Below are positions 52,001 through 64,000 of a stretch of 64,000 nt of DNA, piece by piece; position 1 is the stretch's first letter, and every line of letters starts with the position of its first letter. The notes below the pieces were generated by a model. The model worked only from the letters and a program-made list of their open reading frames with translations, searched no databases and had not been told where the DNA came from. This stretch comes from Anthoceros angustus (lineage: Eukaryota; Plantae; Anthocerotophyta): contig MU008179.1 of the NCBI GenBank assembly GCA_010909165.1, positions 372,001 through 436,000 of the forward strand, written 5' to 3'. A program made the translations under genes and the position numbers.

Positions 52001-55000
52001 CATAGCGGATCTGATTTGCGGCTATCGGGATCTCCAAGATAGTCGGCATCGGATAAGTTTGTAACTTAGATATATCGGAACATGTTTATACATCAATCCT
52101 GTGTGCATAGTCCCTTTTAAATACCTGAATATTCTCTTGACACATTGCCAATGTTGTCTTCAGATTCTCAAAATTGTGAGGCACTAACTTCAAAAGATAT
52201 ATCGGGTCTTGTGAAGTTACTTAAATATATTAAGGTGCCAACAGATGCATGTATGCTGACATTCTGCTTTCTCGCATGTTTTAGGGCTCATATCTGTAAG
52301 CCTTGTGCCACTTGGAAATGGTGTGGCTCGGCTTAGCATCTTCTAGTCCAAACTTCTTTAAGCTTTCTTTTATATATTTTGTTTGAACCAAGGAAATGGA
52401 TTTATTACCTCTATTTCTTATAATGTTAACGCCAAGGGCATAACTAAGGTCTCCAGTGTCGTCATTTCATAATGACTTCTCAACCATGCTTTAATTTCGC
52501 TAGATGGGAGAGTGAAGATGAAGCTAAAAATAAGTCATCCACATATAGTAAGAGGTAAATTGTGTCTTGTTTAGTCTTCGTGATATACATGCTAGCATCC
52601 GCTTTGCTTTGAACAAAACCATATTTTGTAAGCTTGTCATGTATATCATTATTCCATTCCTTGCACGATTGCTTAAGGCCATAAATGCCTTTAATGAGCT
52701 GCATACATGGTCTTCTTTACCTTTGACTTCATAGCCTTGAGTTGTCTCATGTATATTTCTTCTTGGATTCGGCCATGCGGATAGGCGCTTTGACGTCCAT
52801 CATGTGAAGATGTAAGTCATGTTGAGCGGACAAGGCTATTATAATTACGAGGCAAACTTTGCTCAGTGCATAGGTAGCCGGTATGTAATCTAAACCCGGT
52901 ATCGTAAACCCTCCGCTACCAGCCTTGCCTTATATCGCTCAATAGAACCATCACCCTTACGTTTGATTTTAAAGACCCATTTACTTCCCACTATTTTTCT
53001 CCCTTTGGGTGGTTTAACTAATTCCCATGTGGAGTTTTCTACTAAAGAGTTGTACTCAATCTCGCTACCTTCCATGGTCTTTCTCGGGAGAGGAAAATGC
53101 TTGTTTCAAGGTTAGCGGTTCCTCTGGATCAACTGGCTTTGTAAACAGCTTGATAATAAGGTGTGAGAGGAGAAATGGGGTCATCGAGTGACAAGATATC
53201 CCAAAGGTGGTTCCTTCCATCCAGTGGTCTAGTCCTAAGATTGTACCTTGGTGCGGTTGTTGAATGTGTTCTTCAATGTCGACCACTTGTTGAGTGGTTC
53301 TCGGTAACGCAGCTCTTGTTCGCTCGTCGTCATTCATCCACTTGCTCGTCGACGGCTCATCCTCAAAAGGAATACGATCCTCCTCACGAATTTCAACATC
53401 ATAGTCGATTTCATCATCGGTTAAATGTTGAGGTTCTTCTAAATCGGATCCGGTGTAGTTGGTCGTCTTGGAATATATTCTAACTCCTCCTCCTCCTCCG
53501 CAATGTAGGTTCATCCATAGGAGCTTCTGCGGAGGAGTGAATGAATGATGACAAAATCATCGTCATCAAAGTGGAAGGCTCGGATGCGCAGAGGAAGGAG
53601 CATCGGGAGTAATGGGAGATGCCCCATAATAGGAGAAAGAATATGAGATTCATGAAAGGTCACGCTCCTAGCATAAATGAGCTTTCGGGTAGATGGGTCA
53701 AATAACTTGTAACCCTTAATGCCTTCTGTAGCCAATAAAGGTATATTTGGCTGCCTTGGGATCCACTTCTTGCGTTGTACTTTGGGGATGAACACATAGC
53801 GGGGATCCAAGATTCGTAAATGATCAATGAAGGTTTTCTCCGAAAAGCTTCATATGGAGTCATGCCTTGATCGGAAGTCGGTCTATTAAGGAGATATGTT
53901 CTTTGTCAATATAGCTTGTTAACTTTTAGATAATGTAGCTTGGGTGAGCAAACGACTGTGATCTCCTCGGAGGCGTAAATTTTGTTTTCTCGCCATTTCT
54001 TTGAGGTGTGTACCACACTAAGTTGTTGCGCTATACCTTGGTGCAAATTCAGCAAATTCATTGAAGTGAACTCTCCTCCATTATCGGAGCGAAGAGTTTT
54101 AAGCTTCTGTCGGTAAGTCTCTGCCCACATCATATATTCTTTGAAGAAAGAAAAGGCGACTCTTATGGCGGAGGATGTAGGTGAGGACAGGCAGAATAAT
54201 CATCGATGAAGGTTAAAAAATCTACAAACTAAATGAAGCAGACCCACTACCAACTAATGTGCCCAATGCCTAGGTGGATGGATAATTGGTTCAAGTGGGT
54301 GAATTCTCACAAGTTTAATTTAGACATTTTTTTGCTTTGGATGATGACCAAGCTTGCAAAATTTGGGAAACATTGATGATAACGGACCCTTGGTGAGGTT
54401 TATAACCATACTGAGTTTTAAGAGTCCATTAGTGTGCAGGGATTGTGGATAGTATGATAGTAAGGAGACACAAATCTCTTCATGTTATGTTGTGATATAA
54501 ACTAGCGGTGACACTAGATTCTTGCACATGGAGGGTACATAAAGGACATGGGAGAGAGTAAGAACACCGTGGAGCACTTTAATGCCACGGAACCTACACC
54601 AAATATGGTGAGGTTATGGTCGCCTAGGAGCACTGTTTGTTGTCCTTTTGATGGCGAATCGACTCAAAAAGTTAAGGTCGTGACATATATGAGATGTTGC
54701 ACCCTGTCTAAATACCAATTTTGGTTTGATGGCTTGGAACTTGCCAAGCGAAGTGCGATGGAGTTGCCGTGGAGGGCTTCTTCTTAACGGCAACATGTGC
54801 TCTGTGACCTCCTTCTTTGGCTCACCATTTTTCTTCTTCCAACAATCCTTCTCCATATGGTTGGTCATCTTGCACCAATTGTAACTCCAGCCTTCTTCAT
54901 GCCTTTGAAGGTTTAAATGAAGAAGTGGATGTTCCTTGAAAATTTTGAGTAGTCGGTCTAGGAGTGAAGTTTCCGCCTCGCCCGTCCTCTTCCTCGCGGT

Positions 55001-55807
55001 CATTACTTTTGGCGGGCTGATCGGGATTTTCATTTCGGCCCGTCCTCCTCAATAAGTGCTCCAATTAATTCACTTACCGATATCCGTGGAGCCCGTTAAT
55101 TTCTTCTTTTGTGCAGCTCTAAGGACCGCATTTTGCGTTGTCACAAAGGGCCTATAGGAGGCGGCAATGGCGAGGAGAGCAATAAAAGTTTGTTTCTCTG
55201 TAAGTTTTCTTGAGGATGCATTGAAATTATTCTTTGTCTGGAAGTTGCTCAAGTGTTGTTGTAAGGAATCAGTCTCCTTCATCCTTATAGTATATAAGTG
55301 ACGTGTGGCAGTCAATAAGCTCATTCCATCTTTGGAGGCATAAAGCTGAGCTAACTTCTCCCACATCTCGGCTGCGGTGTTTGCGTCTGCAACTTGGAGT
55401 ACCATCGCTTCGGTAAGTCCGTTCATTAAAACGTCTCGGGCTCTCCGATCTTTGGCTTCCCATTCATCTATAGCATCGGAGTCCCAAGTGGAACATTCTT
55501 CCGTACCGTTGACAATATTCCATAAGTCGCGGCTGCGCAGGACACCTTGGGCACGGTTTTGCCATACGTCGTACCCCTTGCCGTTGAATCTATCTTTGTC
55601 TTTAAAGTTGTCACCTTGAATCACTTGAGGCTTGGATTCATAACGCTTTTTAGCTTTCTCCTTTTCTTCCATTTTAAATTGCTCCCATTCATCTCGCCAT
55701 ATAAATTGTTGTTCTTCAAGCCATTTGGTCTTTTGGGCGGCCAAAAATTTTGCTCTGGCTGCGCCGAAGTCATCAACATCCACGTCGAGATCGTCCGACC
55801 CCACCAT
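51590..55807 (-). pseudogene. Copia B gag-pol, frameshifted
   Basis: gag (DRFNGKGYDVWQNR, EMWEKLAQLY), integrase (KTLRSDNGGEF, KGYKLFDP), RT (WELVKPPKGRKIVGSKWVFKIK, LLLYVDDL), RNase H (ISWSSKKQPTIALST, ADLLTKSL). Confidence 0.9.
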
Positions 55808-58800
55808 TGCAAGTAATTTTAATGATGCAGGTTATGCCGTGGTTGACACGCCCTTCTTGCATTGTTTTGCGGAAAGAGGCGCGGCACAACATTCTTCAAA
55901 TTATGAATTTCGCATCATAATCGAATCTGCGGACTTACAATCAAGTGAGAAGAGACCTTGTGAAAGGTCTCGGTCAACAAGTCTATCGAGATAATATTGA
56001 TTTGTTGTGTATTGTAAGTCAATTTCTCATTGATAGCGGTGATTTATTCTAAGTTCGCTCTAATGGAATCAAGAGATTGCTGCGGATGATCCGGATTAGG
56101 AGCGAAGATACTAGCCTTATTTTTATGTACTTAGAGATGGCGGACTCTATGGCACTATATTGATAAAGGCTAAATGTAGAAAGGAGAGCTTTCTGAGCAT
56201 AAATGATATCTTGTACTCTATCTCCGACTTAGACAAAGGGCTTCAATGAGACAACATACTTGTGCCTCTAAAACATCAATCGAGGAGAATTGAGGTCAAA
56301 CTCCTCCCGAATGTAAGAAGATTTGATTTGATGTTGTTTCTTCTTCTTTGAAGCCTTGATCTTCCTCCTAAATTCTTATGCCTTGGATTAAAGGAATCCA
56401 TGGAGGCGGACAAGAAATTGATGCACAATGTGTGCATCATTGTGTTAGTCACCGGATGATTCTTCTAAAGGCGAAATCTCCACGCATTATCTTCATTTGA
56501 AGTACTACAAACGCAAAAGCATTGGAGAGAAAATTGCCTAGAGCATAAGGAAGCGAGGTGCTCAAGCACAAAGAGCTAAATGCTCGATACCATGATGAGA
56601 ATCAATAGCTCTTAGATAGAAGAGAAACAATGGAATGAATTGATTAATGAGTAAAGTACAAGCCTTTAAATAGGGTGGTAGTGGTTACAACAATATGTTG
56701 TTGTAACCATAAGTAATTACAACCATAAGTTGTTGCAACTATAAGTTGTTGTAACAACTAACAACTAACTAAAGCCCTAGCTCTAAATTAATGTTTAAGT
56801 AATGAGGCCTAATGAATAGTGCCTAGGCTAGACCTATTTCATCAATTTGAGCGGACAGGAGGCCCAAGCCGAGAACCTCTGCAGGGGAGAGGGTGGCCAG
56901 GAGGCGAGAGGAGGCCGGGCTGAAAAGGCTCGTGACAGCGGGTGGACCCGGCAGTGGTGGCCAGTGAAAGCGGCGAGGAGGCGGGGCCGTTGCAGAGCGC
57001 GATCACTATCAGCGTGATCGGGCAGTGGAGAGGCAGCGAGGATAGCTGCTAACACAGAAGGCGGAGGCGGCGGAGGCGGTGCAGCGGCCATGCGAGGAGA
57101 AGGAAGCTCGCGACAAGGAGATGGAGGATCTCCGGTCTCGATTGCGTGGTGGGCGGCAGCGGCGAGATGGAAGACCGCAAAGAGACCACGAGTCGTAGCC
57201 CAAGTTACCATTGAGAGGAATGGTAATCTAGGTGTGATCTCGGATCACGAACGAAATAGAGCGGCTCCAAGGGACGGAGGAAGTGGAGGCATGGAAGGAG
57301 TGACGTCAAATGGAGAAGGACTGGCGAAGCCCGCAATCCGCAGAGTTGCCCGACCTGGAGAGGAGATGGCGGAGCTAACTACGTAATAAACGGGAGCGAG
57401 CACCGACGAGAAAAAGAAGCCGCTGGTCCGATTAAGGAAGGCGGAAGGAGCCGCGCCATGGCGTAAGCCGGGCAGCGGAGCGGAAACGACGGAGCCGAGA
57501 AGTGGAGCAACAACAAGCGTGTGGAGGTGACCGAGGTGCCCTTGTGGCCTCGCGAGATCTCGCCCGCTCCAACGAACTCGGCAGGGGGATGGTCCAGTTT
57601 GAAGACGCCTCGAGCACCAATGGCGAAGGGAGTATCGGGTGCTCCGGCACATGTGGAAGAGGCAATCCAAAGAATTGACTCGGATTTTGCCTACTACCAC
57701 GCCGAGCTCCTTAAGGCATTGAAGTCTCGCCTCCACACCTGGACGGACCCCTAAGGCCTGTAAGGGATGAAGGGCATGGGGACAAGACGGACCCTAGTGG
57801 CCTGTTTGGAGACGACGGCACTGGGAGAAGAGCCTGAGGAGGAGCAGGACGCGCCAATACAACGAATCTCGTGGTAAGTCCACCGCAACCCGCCGGAGGA
57901 TAGAGGCGGCCCCGAAGGCGGAAGGAGGAGCCAACCCACCCAAGACAAGGGCCTGAGGGGAAGGGATGAGGACCCAGAAGAGGTCCGCAGACAGGGGTCC
58001 GGAGCTTGGGGACCGGACTTTAATAAGTTCTGACCGAGGTCCGAACCCCGTGAGATGAGACCGAACTCAAGGAATAAGGCACTCCCGGTTCGTGACTGGA
58101 GTCGAGACCGACCCCGAGGTCCCACTCAGAAGCAAGGAGGAGTCCCCTCCGACTTACCGGGGAGACACGGTGGTCTCTCGGGGGACCCACCGGGGCTGGG
58201 GACGACGTTAGGTAACGGGTCGCCGACCGCCACGGTAGCCCCAACCCGATGTGATTCCGGAAGAGGGGGTCCCGCCGCGATCATCCGATTGGGTGCGCCA
58301 GAATCGCTGACGGGAGATTGACCACCAATCCCGAGACGGAACCTGTGACCTTCCCAGCCCACCGCCGACGAAGGAGATAGGAGGAGGAATAGGATGGTAG
58401 TGGTCGACATGCATCAGCCGGCCACCACCGATTAGGGTGTAAAGACGCCCGACTTGGGCGTAGTATAAGAGGGCCGAGGCTGAATAAATCATCTTCTCTT
58501 GGTGTTGATGCCGCTGTTTGCGTGCACCTTTGTGTGTCTTCCTGTAACGTGAGTCCCGAGTCACCGAAAGGTACGGCGCCCCGAGAGATCGATCAAGGTC
58601 CCGTGACGGACCCTAACGTGTGGTGGTGTGCAGAAGAGCGATCGGGACCCGTGGTTCGTCAGAGCAGCCGCCCGACGAGCCGGACCGAACGTGTGAGCCG
58701 GAGGAACTCCGGAGGGCGCAGAGCCGGACGAGAGGCCCTGCTGAGCAACGGAGGTCCGGATCGTAGCTACTTGCGCTCTTTCCAAGGTTGATGAGCCGAG

Positions 58801-59464
58801 AGAGTGATGAGAGGAACGGACTAAGGTGAATGACGTGGAAACGAGCACGGACGCAAACGGGTCTCAAACGCTTGGCCATCACCGCCTGCTCGATGAATGT
58901 TATGAGTAGTTAGACGCAAAACACGATTGCGTGTGTTAAAGTTGAGCGGATTTGAGGATTACGAACGCCGCAAACGGAGCTCTTCATTCTCCTGAACGGA
59001 CTATTACACGGATTGTATGCATGGCCATCACAAAGTCGCGCCCACATTTATATAAATACGGAGGATAACATCGCCGATATGGTACTAAGTCACTCCCTCC
59101 TTATAAACATAATAAACATAGAGAAGGACTAGAGAAGGACGGCAGTGACATAATCACCTTAGCAGCTAAGAGGCAAAGTTAATCACAAAATAACACTTTG
59201 CAAGCTTAAGTGGGATATTGAGACCGAAAGGATGAATCAAATGTATTGGATCCAATCGCTCAGTCACTTAGTACGTAGTTCTATAAGCATCTGTGTGTCT
59301 AGAGTCGAGTGGGAGTGAGATAGAACATCTCTAACCCATCAAAGATAAACTAGGGTTAATTAGAAGTGTCGCTTCGATAACTTGATAAGTGAAAAATTTT
59401 GTTATTCTTTTGAAACGAATGCAAGAGTCAAGTCTCGAGTTTGTCTGCTTTCTTCTCTTTCACT

Positions 59465-60015
59465 CCTAGGTGTTGTACCAAAGGCAACTTTGTTGTGTGC
59501 TAACCTAAGATTATGGTTTTGTTCGCCATACAACCCAAAGAACACCATCGTATCACGAAATAGCTCATGGAGACAAAGAAGTGGTCAAGAAAAGAAGAAG
59601 AAGAAGAAGAAGCGTGAACTCAAGAACCAGCAGCAAATACCGGTAGCGCCATTGAACTGTACCTCCGTAAGAACCTCAAGAAGAAGAAGAGGAACCCGCA
59701 GAGAAGAGGTTGTGGTGACTCGGTGCCCGAGGAGCAACCGGGTTCCGCCTTGCCCCTCGCCCTTGTTTAACCCCGATACTCCTACTCACGCCCTTCGTGT
59801 TCTAAGTCCAGATTTCAGATGTCTCCGAAGAAGAAAGAGAAGGTCATCCCACAGAGGAGCAACTCGAACGCCACCGGGCCAAGGTACCAACAAAGCACCT
59901 GTGAAGGTGGTTGTCTTACCTCTTGCTGCTTTTGTCGTCAGATCATCCATGAGAACTTGATCAACGCTCCCGCCTCAAATAGTGCCTCATTAACCCCGAG
60001 TTCCTTCTCCGCAGT
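59465..60015 (+). pseudogene. NOP58: NOP58 duplicate, 3' part (intron 8 to last acceptor), decayed
   Basis: Matches ~8900-9470 and begins at the CCTAG TSD. Confidence 0.85.
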
Positions 60016-61896
60016 TGTAGAGAGGTTATGGCTATTAGAGCCCTAGTTAGCACGTTTGAAGATTATACTTGATTATTACTTAAGCATGTGATATGAATAG
60101 GCATCTTAGATTAAGTTTTATAACTACTTTTATATGCTCTTCAAAACATTGTCTTGGTTCACTTTTTTCAATTCATACACTCTTGTTCTACGCTCGTGAA
60201 ATCCATGTGCCTTCACATGGTATCGAGCCATACAATCGCTTGATGTCAATTTGTGCATTCTAGATTCTCGATTAGGATTAGGTTAGAACTCGGATGTGGT
60301 CACCCCCACATGTAACGATAAACACATCAAATATCCTCGAACAAATGTTTCTTCACACCTCAAACATGGCCTCAAGAACACCTCCTCAACTACTCTCAAA
60401 GAATACCTCCACGATAACAACAACAATCAACAACACAATTAAGATTGATTTTAAGGAAAAGACATTCTCAGAACGACAACATTTGGTCCATGCGATGCTG
60501 CCCATTCTTGAGGACAATGACCTCGACAACACGGATGGCACTTATCCCAAACTCACAACAAGAACAAATCCAAAGATCGCATGGATTTGACGGAGAAGAC
60601 CGATAGAAAGCAAGAAATGTGATCTTATCTCGACTTGATAGACCATCCGCCATCACGTGATGTGGGCTGTAGATGCAGCCATAGCATGGACCAACCCTCT
60701 CTACGACGCAGAGATGCAATGAGCGTAATAATGCAACAAAGGCATTTTACCAAATGCGTATGGTGAAAGTGAAGTCGCTTTCCGAACACATAAAGAAGTT
60801 CGTGGCAAGACGGCTCGATTGGCATCTTGTGGGATGACGTTGATCGAGGCTCAAGCAGCCATAGCTTTGCTAAGTTCTCTTCCCGACGCTTATCGACCTT
60901 CAAGACGACACAAAATGGAGTCATAAACAAGCACAACTTGCGCCCAAAAGTGGGCAAGGTTCGATTTCACCACATCATAATTGGGGCTCTCATAGAGGAA
61001 GAAGCCATACGTGGTCAAGCATCAAATGCCATGCCCCAAGGTCAAGCTTCCTTTGTAGCACGAGGTGTAGGGAGAGGAGGACGCGGACGAGGCCATCCTC
61101 CTTATAACAACAGTGCCATCTTCATCATCTTCAGCACCAAGGAGGAAAGGAGCACGCCATTGGTGCCAAGTAGAAGGCCATTACAAAAAAGTGTGAAGAA
61201 AAGGTCGAGAGCCTAGAAGAGGATCCACCTTCAACAAATATTGTACAACCAAAATCACAAGTACTTTAGCAAGATATTTGGCTACCTCCAAGAATGACAT
61301 AGCTGATAAGGATACATTGATAGTCAAATATTTGTCATACAAGATCCTTCTTTTCATCTTACCACCCTAGAACTGCATATGTGCAACTCCCAAGGCATAA
61401 TCATGCGTAGTGTTCCATATTCTCAAGTTTAAAACGGTGTGGTTTAGCGTCACATCAATGGCTTGTTGCCAGTTGCTCGAGCTTATGCCGTCAAGGGCTT
61501 GACCGTCCACAAATATTGGGCGGTTATTTTAACGACGAGATTACAGGAGGATACACCAAGAATATCAAGCATCGGGTGTCACTCCTTATGAGGGCCGGAC
61601 CGTCAGAAACCCAATCAACTGATCTTCGTATCTCGAGGCACCGTGATATGCACATATTCCCAAACAACTTCGTAAGCTTCGACGACAAGGCCGCAAGAAG
61701 ATGATGTTTGTGGGATATAATCAAGGAATCAAGGGATATAAGTTGGTGAACCCCGAGACTCCGCCGGGTCACGATTCAAGGAGTGTGATTATTGACGAAA
61801 GCAATCACGGATGTTCTGTGCAGAGGGAGAGAAATGGACCATCGCAACGCCCTCGAACTTGAGATCCGTGCAAGGCTGCACCCTTGATTCGACCTG
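60016..61896 (+). mobile_element. Ty1/Copia element C, 5' LTR plus degenerate gag/integrase, truncated
   Basis: TG...CA segment 60016-60217 followed by PBS TGGTATCGAGCC (60218-60229); gag-like DRKARNVI and IGALIEEE, integrase-like GYNQGIKGYKLVNP. No 3' LTR in the window. Confidence 0.7.
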
Positions 61897-64000
61897 CCCT
61901 ACTAGAAAAAGGCAACTTATAGTAAAATGATGTTGCAATTTTTGTTACACTCCACATTGCAACATGTTTTGGAGGGTTGGTATTAAGTTTGTTAGTTCTG
62001 TCCCCGCTTTGTGTATCTTAACACGAACTCGCACTCTCTTCCCACCTCCCCTTCCGGTACACCCCTCTCTCACAAGCATTGTTAATAATTTCCCACCTTG
62101 TTACCGTGTTGCAATTTTATGTACCACTTCCAACTTCCAAAGATGGTTTGATGGCTTGGTGTTAAGTTGGTCCATTCTTTCTTCCTTCTCCCACCATCCT
62201 AACACAATGCTTGGTCTCTCACTTCATGTACCACTTCAAAATTGCAACACTTTATGGTGGCTTGGTGTTCAAGGTGTCCTTTTCTTATCCACTTCTCACC
62301 CCATCTTAACACAATACTTGGTCTCTCTCCTCTCACCTCACCCTCCTATTTATTGCCCCCTTATCACACCCTTTTATACTCTTTCACTTCTCCTCCTCCT
62401 TCATGACCGTGAGAAGGACCTCCCCTATCACGACCATTTTATACTCTTCCACTATTCCTCTTTCAACTTGCTTGTTACAATGACCTCTCTCTGCCTGCGT
62501 TCCTTCCTTTTACCTCCTTTGCATATACTAATATATACATATATATGTTTGTAGGCTTCAAGACATAAGTATGTGTACGCTTTATGTACACATCCATCTT
62601 ATACTTCTATTATATTAGTGTATTTACATGCCTCTTTGTATAATGATATACGCACGTATATAGGCATCAAGACTTGTTTATATAATAATATATATGTGCT
62701 AACCCTTACGTCACTCTCATACCTTACATATCTAAGTGTTTGATTTTATTGACAATTTAAATCAAATTTTTGGACACTTCAATCGTCCTCTATCCTTGCA
62801 CCTTTGTTTCCACGATGCAATACGAACTCCACGTGATATGGGCATATGCGTCGCGTGCACCACCAACATGTGCCTCGAATCGGGCGACGCGTTGGTGACT
62901 CTTGGACCAACACCAATGGTTTCGTGGTTCCTCCACATCTTCCTACACCTATCCAAATGACCTCTATAACCACTTTCACACCATGTCTTTAAAATACAAT
63001 GCTGGGCTGCAATTGACCATTCCTATGTCACTTGGTCCACCCCTTCGCCAACATCCCACCTTTTCATCCTCTTGCAGCCTTCAACACCGTTGTCTTTGCT
63101 TGACCCTCTTCGCCACCTCCTCGTTTCGTGTGGTCCACCTTGTGGTGGCATTCGACCCACTAGCCTCAATAGCCCTTCACTCGGCCCCATAGGCTGCCAA
63201 ATCACCACTTCCACAATTACAGACGGCAAGCGAATAGCATTCAATCTCTCGATCCGGGTTGCCACCCTACTCACGCTTTTGACACGGATCGTGTGATACG
63301 CCTTGTGTGGCACGCCATCACACCTCCGGGATCCCCACCATCCACGTTGCCTCCGGCATCACTTGACGTGACGCTCCCTGTTGGCACCTTCCTCCATCTT
63401 CCTTCTCTCCACCGGGTTACTGCCTTCCTTCACGACGGCCTTCACCTTCCACCGTTTTCCCTTCTTCCCTGCCATGCACACGCATCACTCCACGCCCCTA
63501 TAGCGAAACCTACATATCACAACCAAGCATTCCATTAACCGTCAACGACTATTTTACCACTCGATTCGATCTGTCCAATCCATGCCTTGCTGCCCACTTC
63601 AACTCATCCAGGTTGCGCCCCTCCCACGTTGGACATACCGTTTCTCGAACTCCTTTGCTCCTCTTGGACCAAAGGGATTCGTCCCATGCTCGTGCTTGCA
63701 ATTCTTGCCCGACGGCGGCTGTGGTGTTGGCCACACACACCATGCTTCGCGTCACCACGGCTTGCGCGCCTTTCTCCATGCCTTCGTTTCACATTAGGCG
63801 GATGCAACCATTTTGCATCCTTCCTTCTCATGCACTTGCGCACCTTCTTGCCCACATTGTGGTTCCTTGTCCGCGATGCACCGCAAACTGGCCACAATAT
63901 CCTCGCGCTCTATACTTGCAAACTCATACTCTACCTTCCTCACTCTTTCGCAAACTTCGTGGCTCGACCATGGCAGATCTCCATTTTGCACACACTAGCT
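61897..64000. mobile_element. Probable CACTA element left end and interior, running out of the window
   Basis: CCCTACTAGAAAAAGG (CACTACTAGAAAA-like) followed by repeated GTTGCAA/TTGCAAC motifs; abrupt break from Copia C. Other end not visible. Confidence 0.5.

Larger units (their letters stand above)
47660..56844 (-). mobile_element. Ty1/Copia LTR retrotransposon B
   Basis: LTRs 47660-47922 and 56593-56844 (TG...CA); PBS TGGTATCGAGC at 56582-56592 on minus; PPT AGTGGGAG next to 47922. TSD unclear (ATTTG on the right; ATTTG 11 nt away on the left). Confidence 0.88.
40586..59046 (+). mobile_element. Probable Gypsy-family solo LTR (~4.4 kb net), interrupted by duplications and Copia B
   Basis: Starts TGGTAATT, ends CCCACA; shares GG(G/C)TATGGA and GGTTAGAAA(A)TAA near its start and a TATAAGAGGG box (~58468) with the Athila-like LTR; Copia A RNase H (TEDNIADM.TKSL) resumes right after it. 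No TSD found. Confidence 0.6.
15275..59464 (+). mobile_element. Ty1/Copia LTR retrotransposon A (degenerate, host of nested insertions)
   Basis: Matching LTRs 15275-15425 and 59316-59464; PBS TGGTATCAGAGCC at 15426-15438; PPT-like GAGTGGGAG before the 3' LTR; TSD CCTAG at 15270-15274 and 59465-59469; NOP58 intron sequence resumes exactly after it. Confidence 0.9.

Noticed and set aside
61964-62554. 196-aa ORF (+)
   Set aside because: Low-complexity T/C-rich translation without family motifs, inside a probable CACTA subterminal region.

Overview
Eukaryotic, plant-type genomic DNA (GT/GC-AG introns, telo-boxes, germin-like gene; lineage cannot be fixed from sequence alone). The first ~11.5 kb holds three host genes: UBP6/USP14-type deubiquitinase (-), NOP58 (+) and an intronless germin-like protein (+), with a 1 kb TIR element between the head-to-head UBP6 and NOP58. 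A rearranged duplicate follows (germin promoter and 5' pieces joined to a NOP58 pseudogene). This NOP58 copy is split by a Ty1/Copia element with 150-bp TG...CT LTRs and a CCTAG target-site duplication (15275-59464), expanded to 44 kb by nested insertions: a CACTA element, an Athila-like Gypsy with ~4 kb LTRs, a related probable solo LTR, and a second Copia inside that solo LTR carrying an antisense multi-exon gene-like segment and a (GGGCGC)n G4 tract. A third Copia and a CACTA-like end occupy the last 4 kb. Many local tandem duplications have microhomology junctions. Many frameshifts sit in homopolymer or dinucleotide runs, so residual long-read error is likely and all pseudogene calls need read-level checking.
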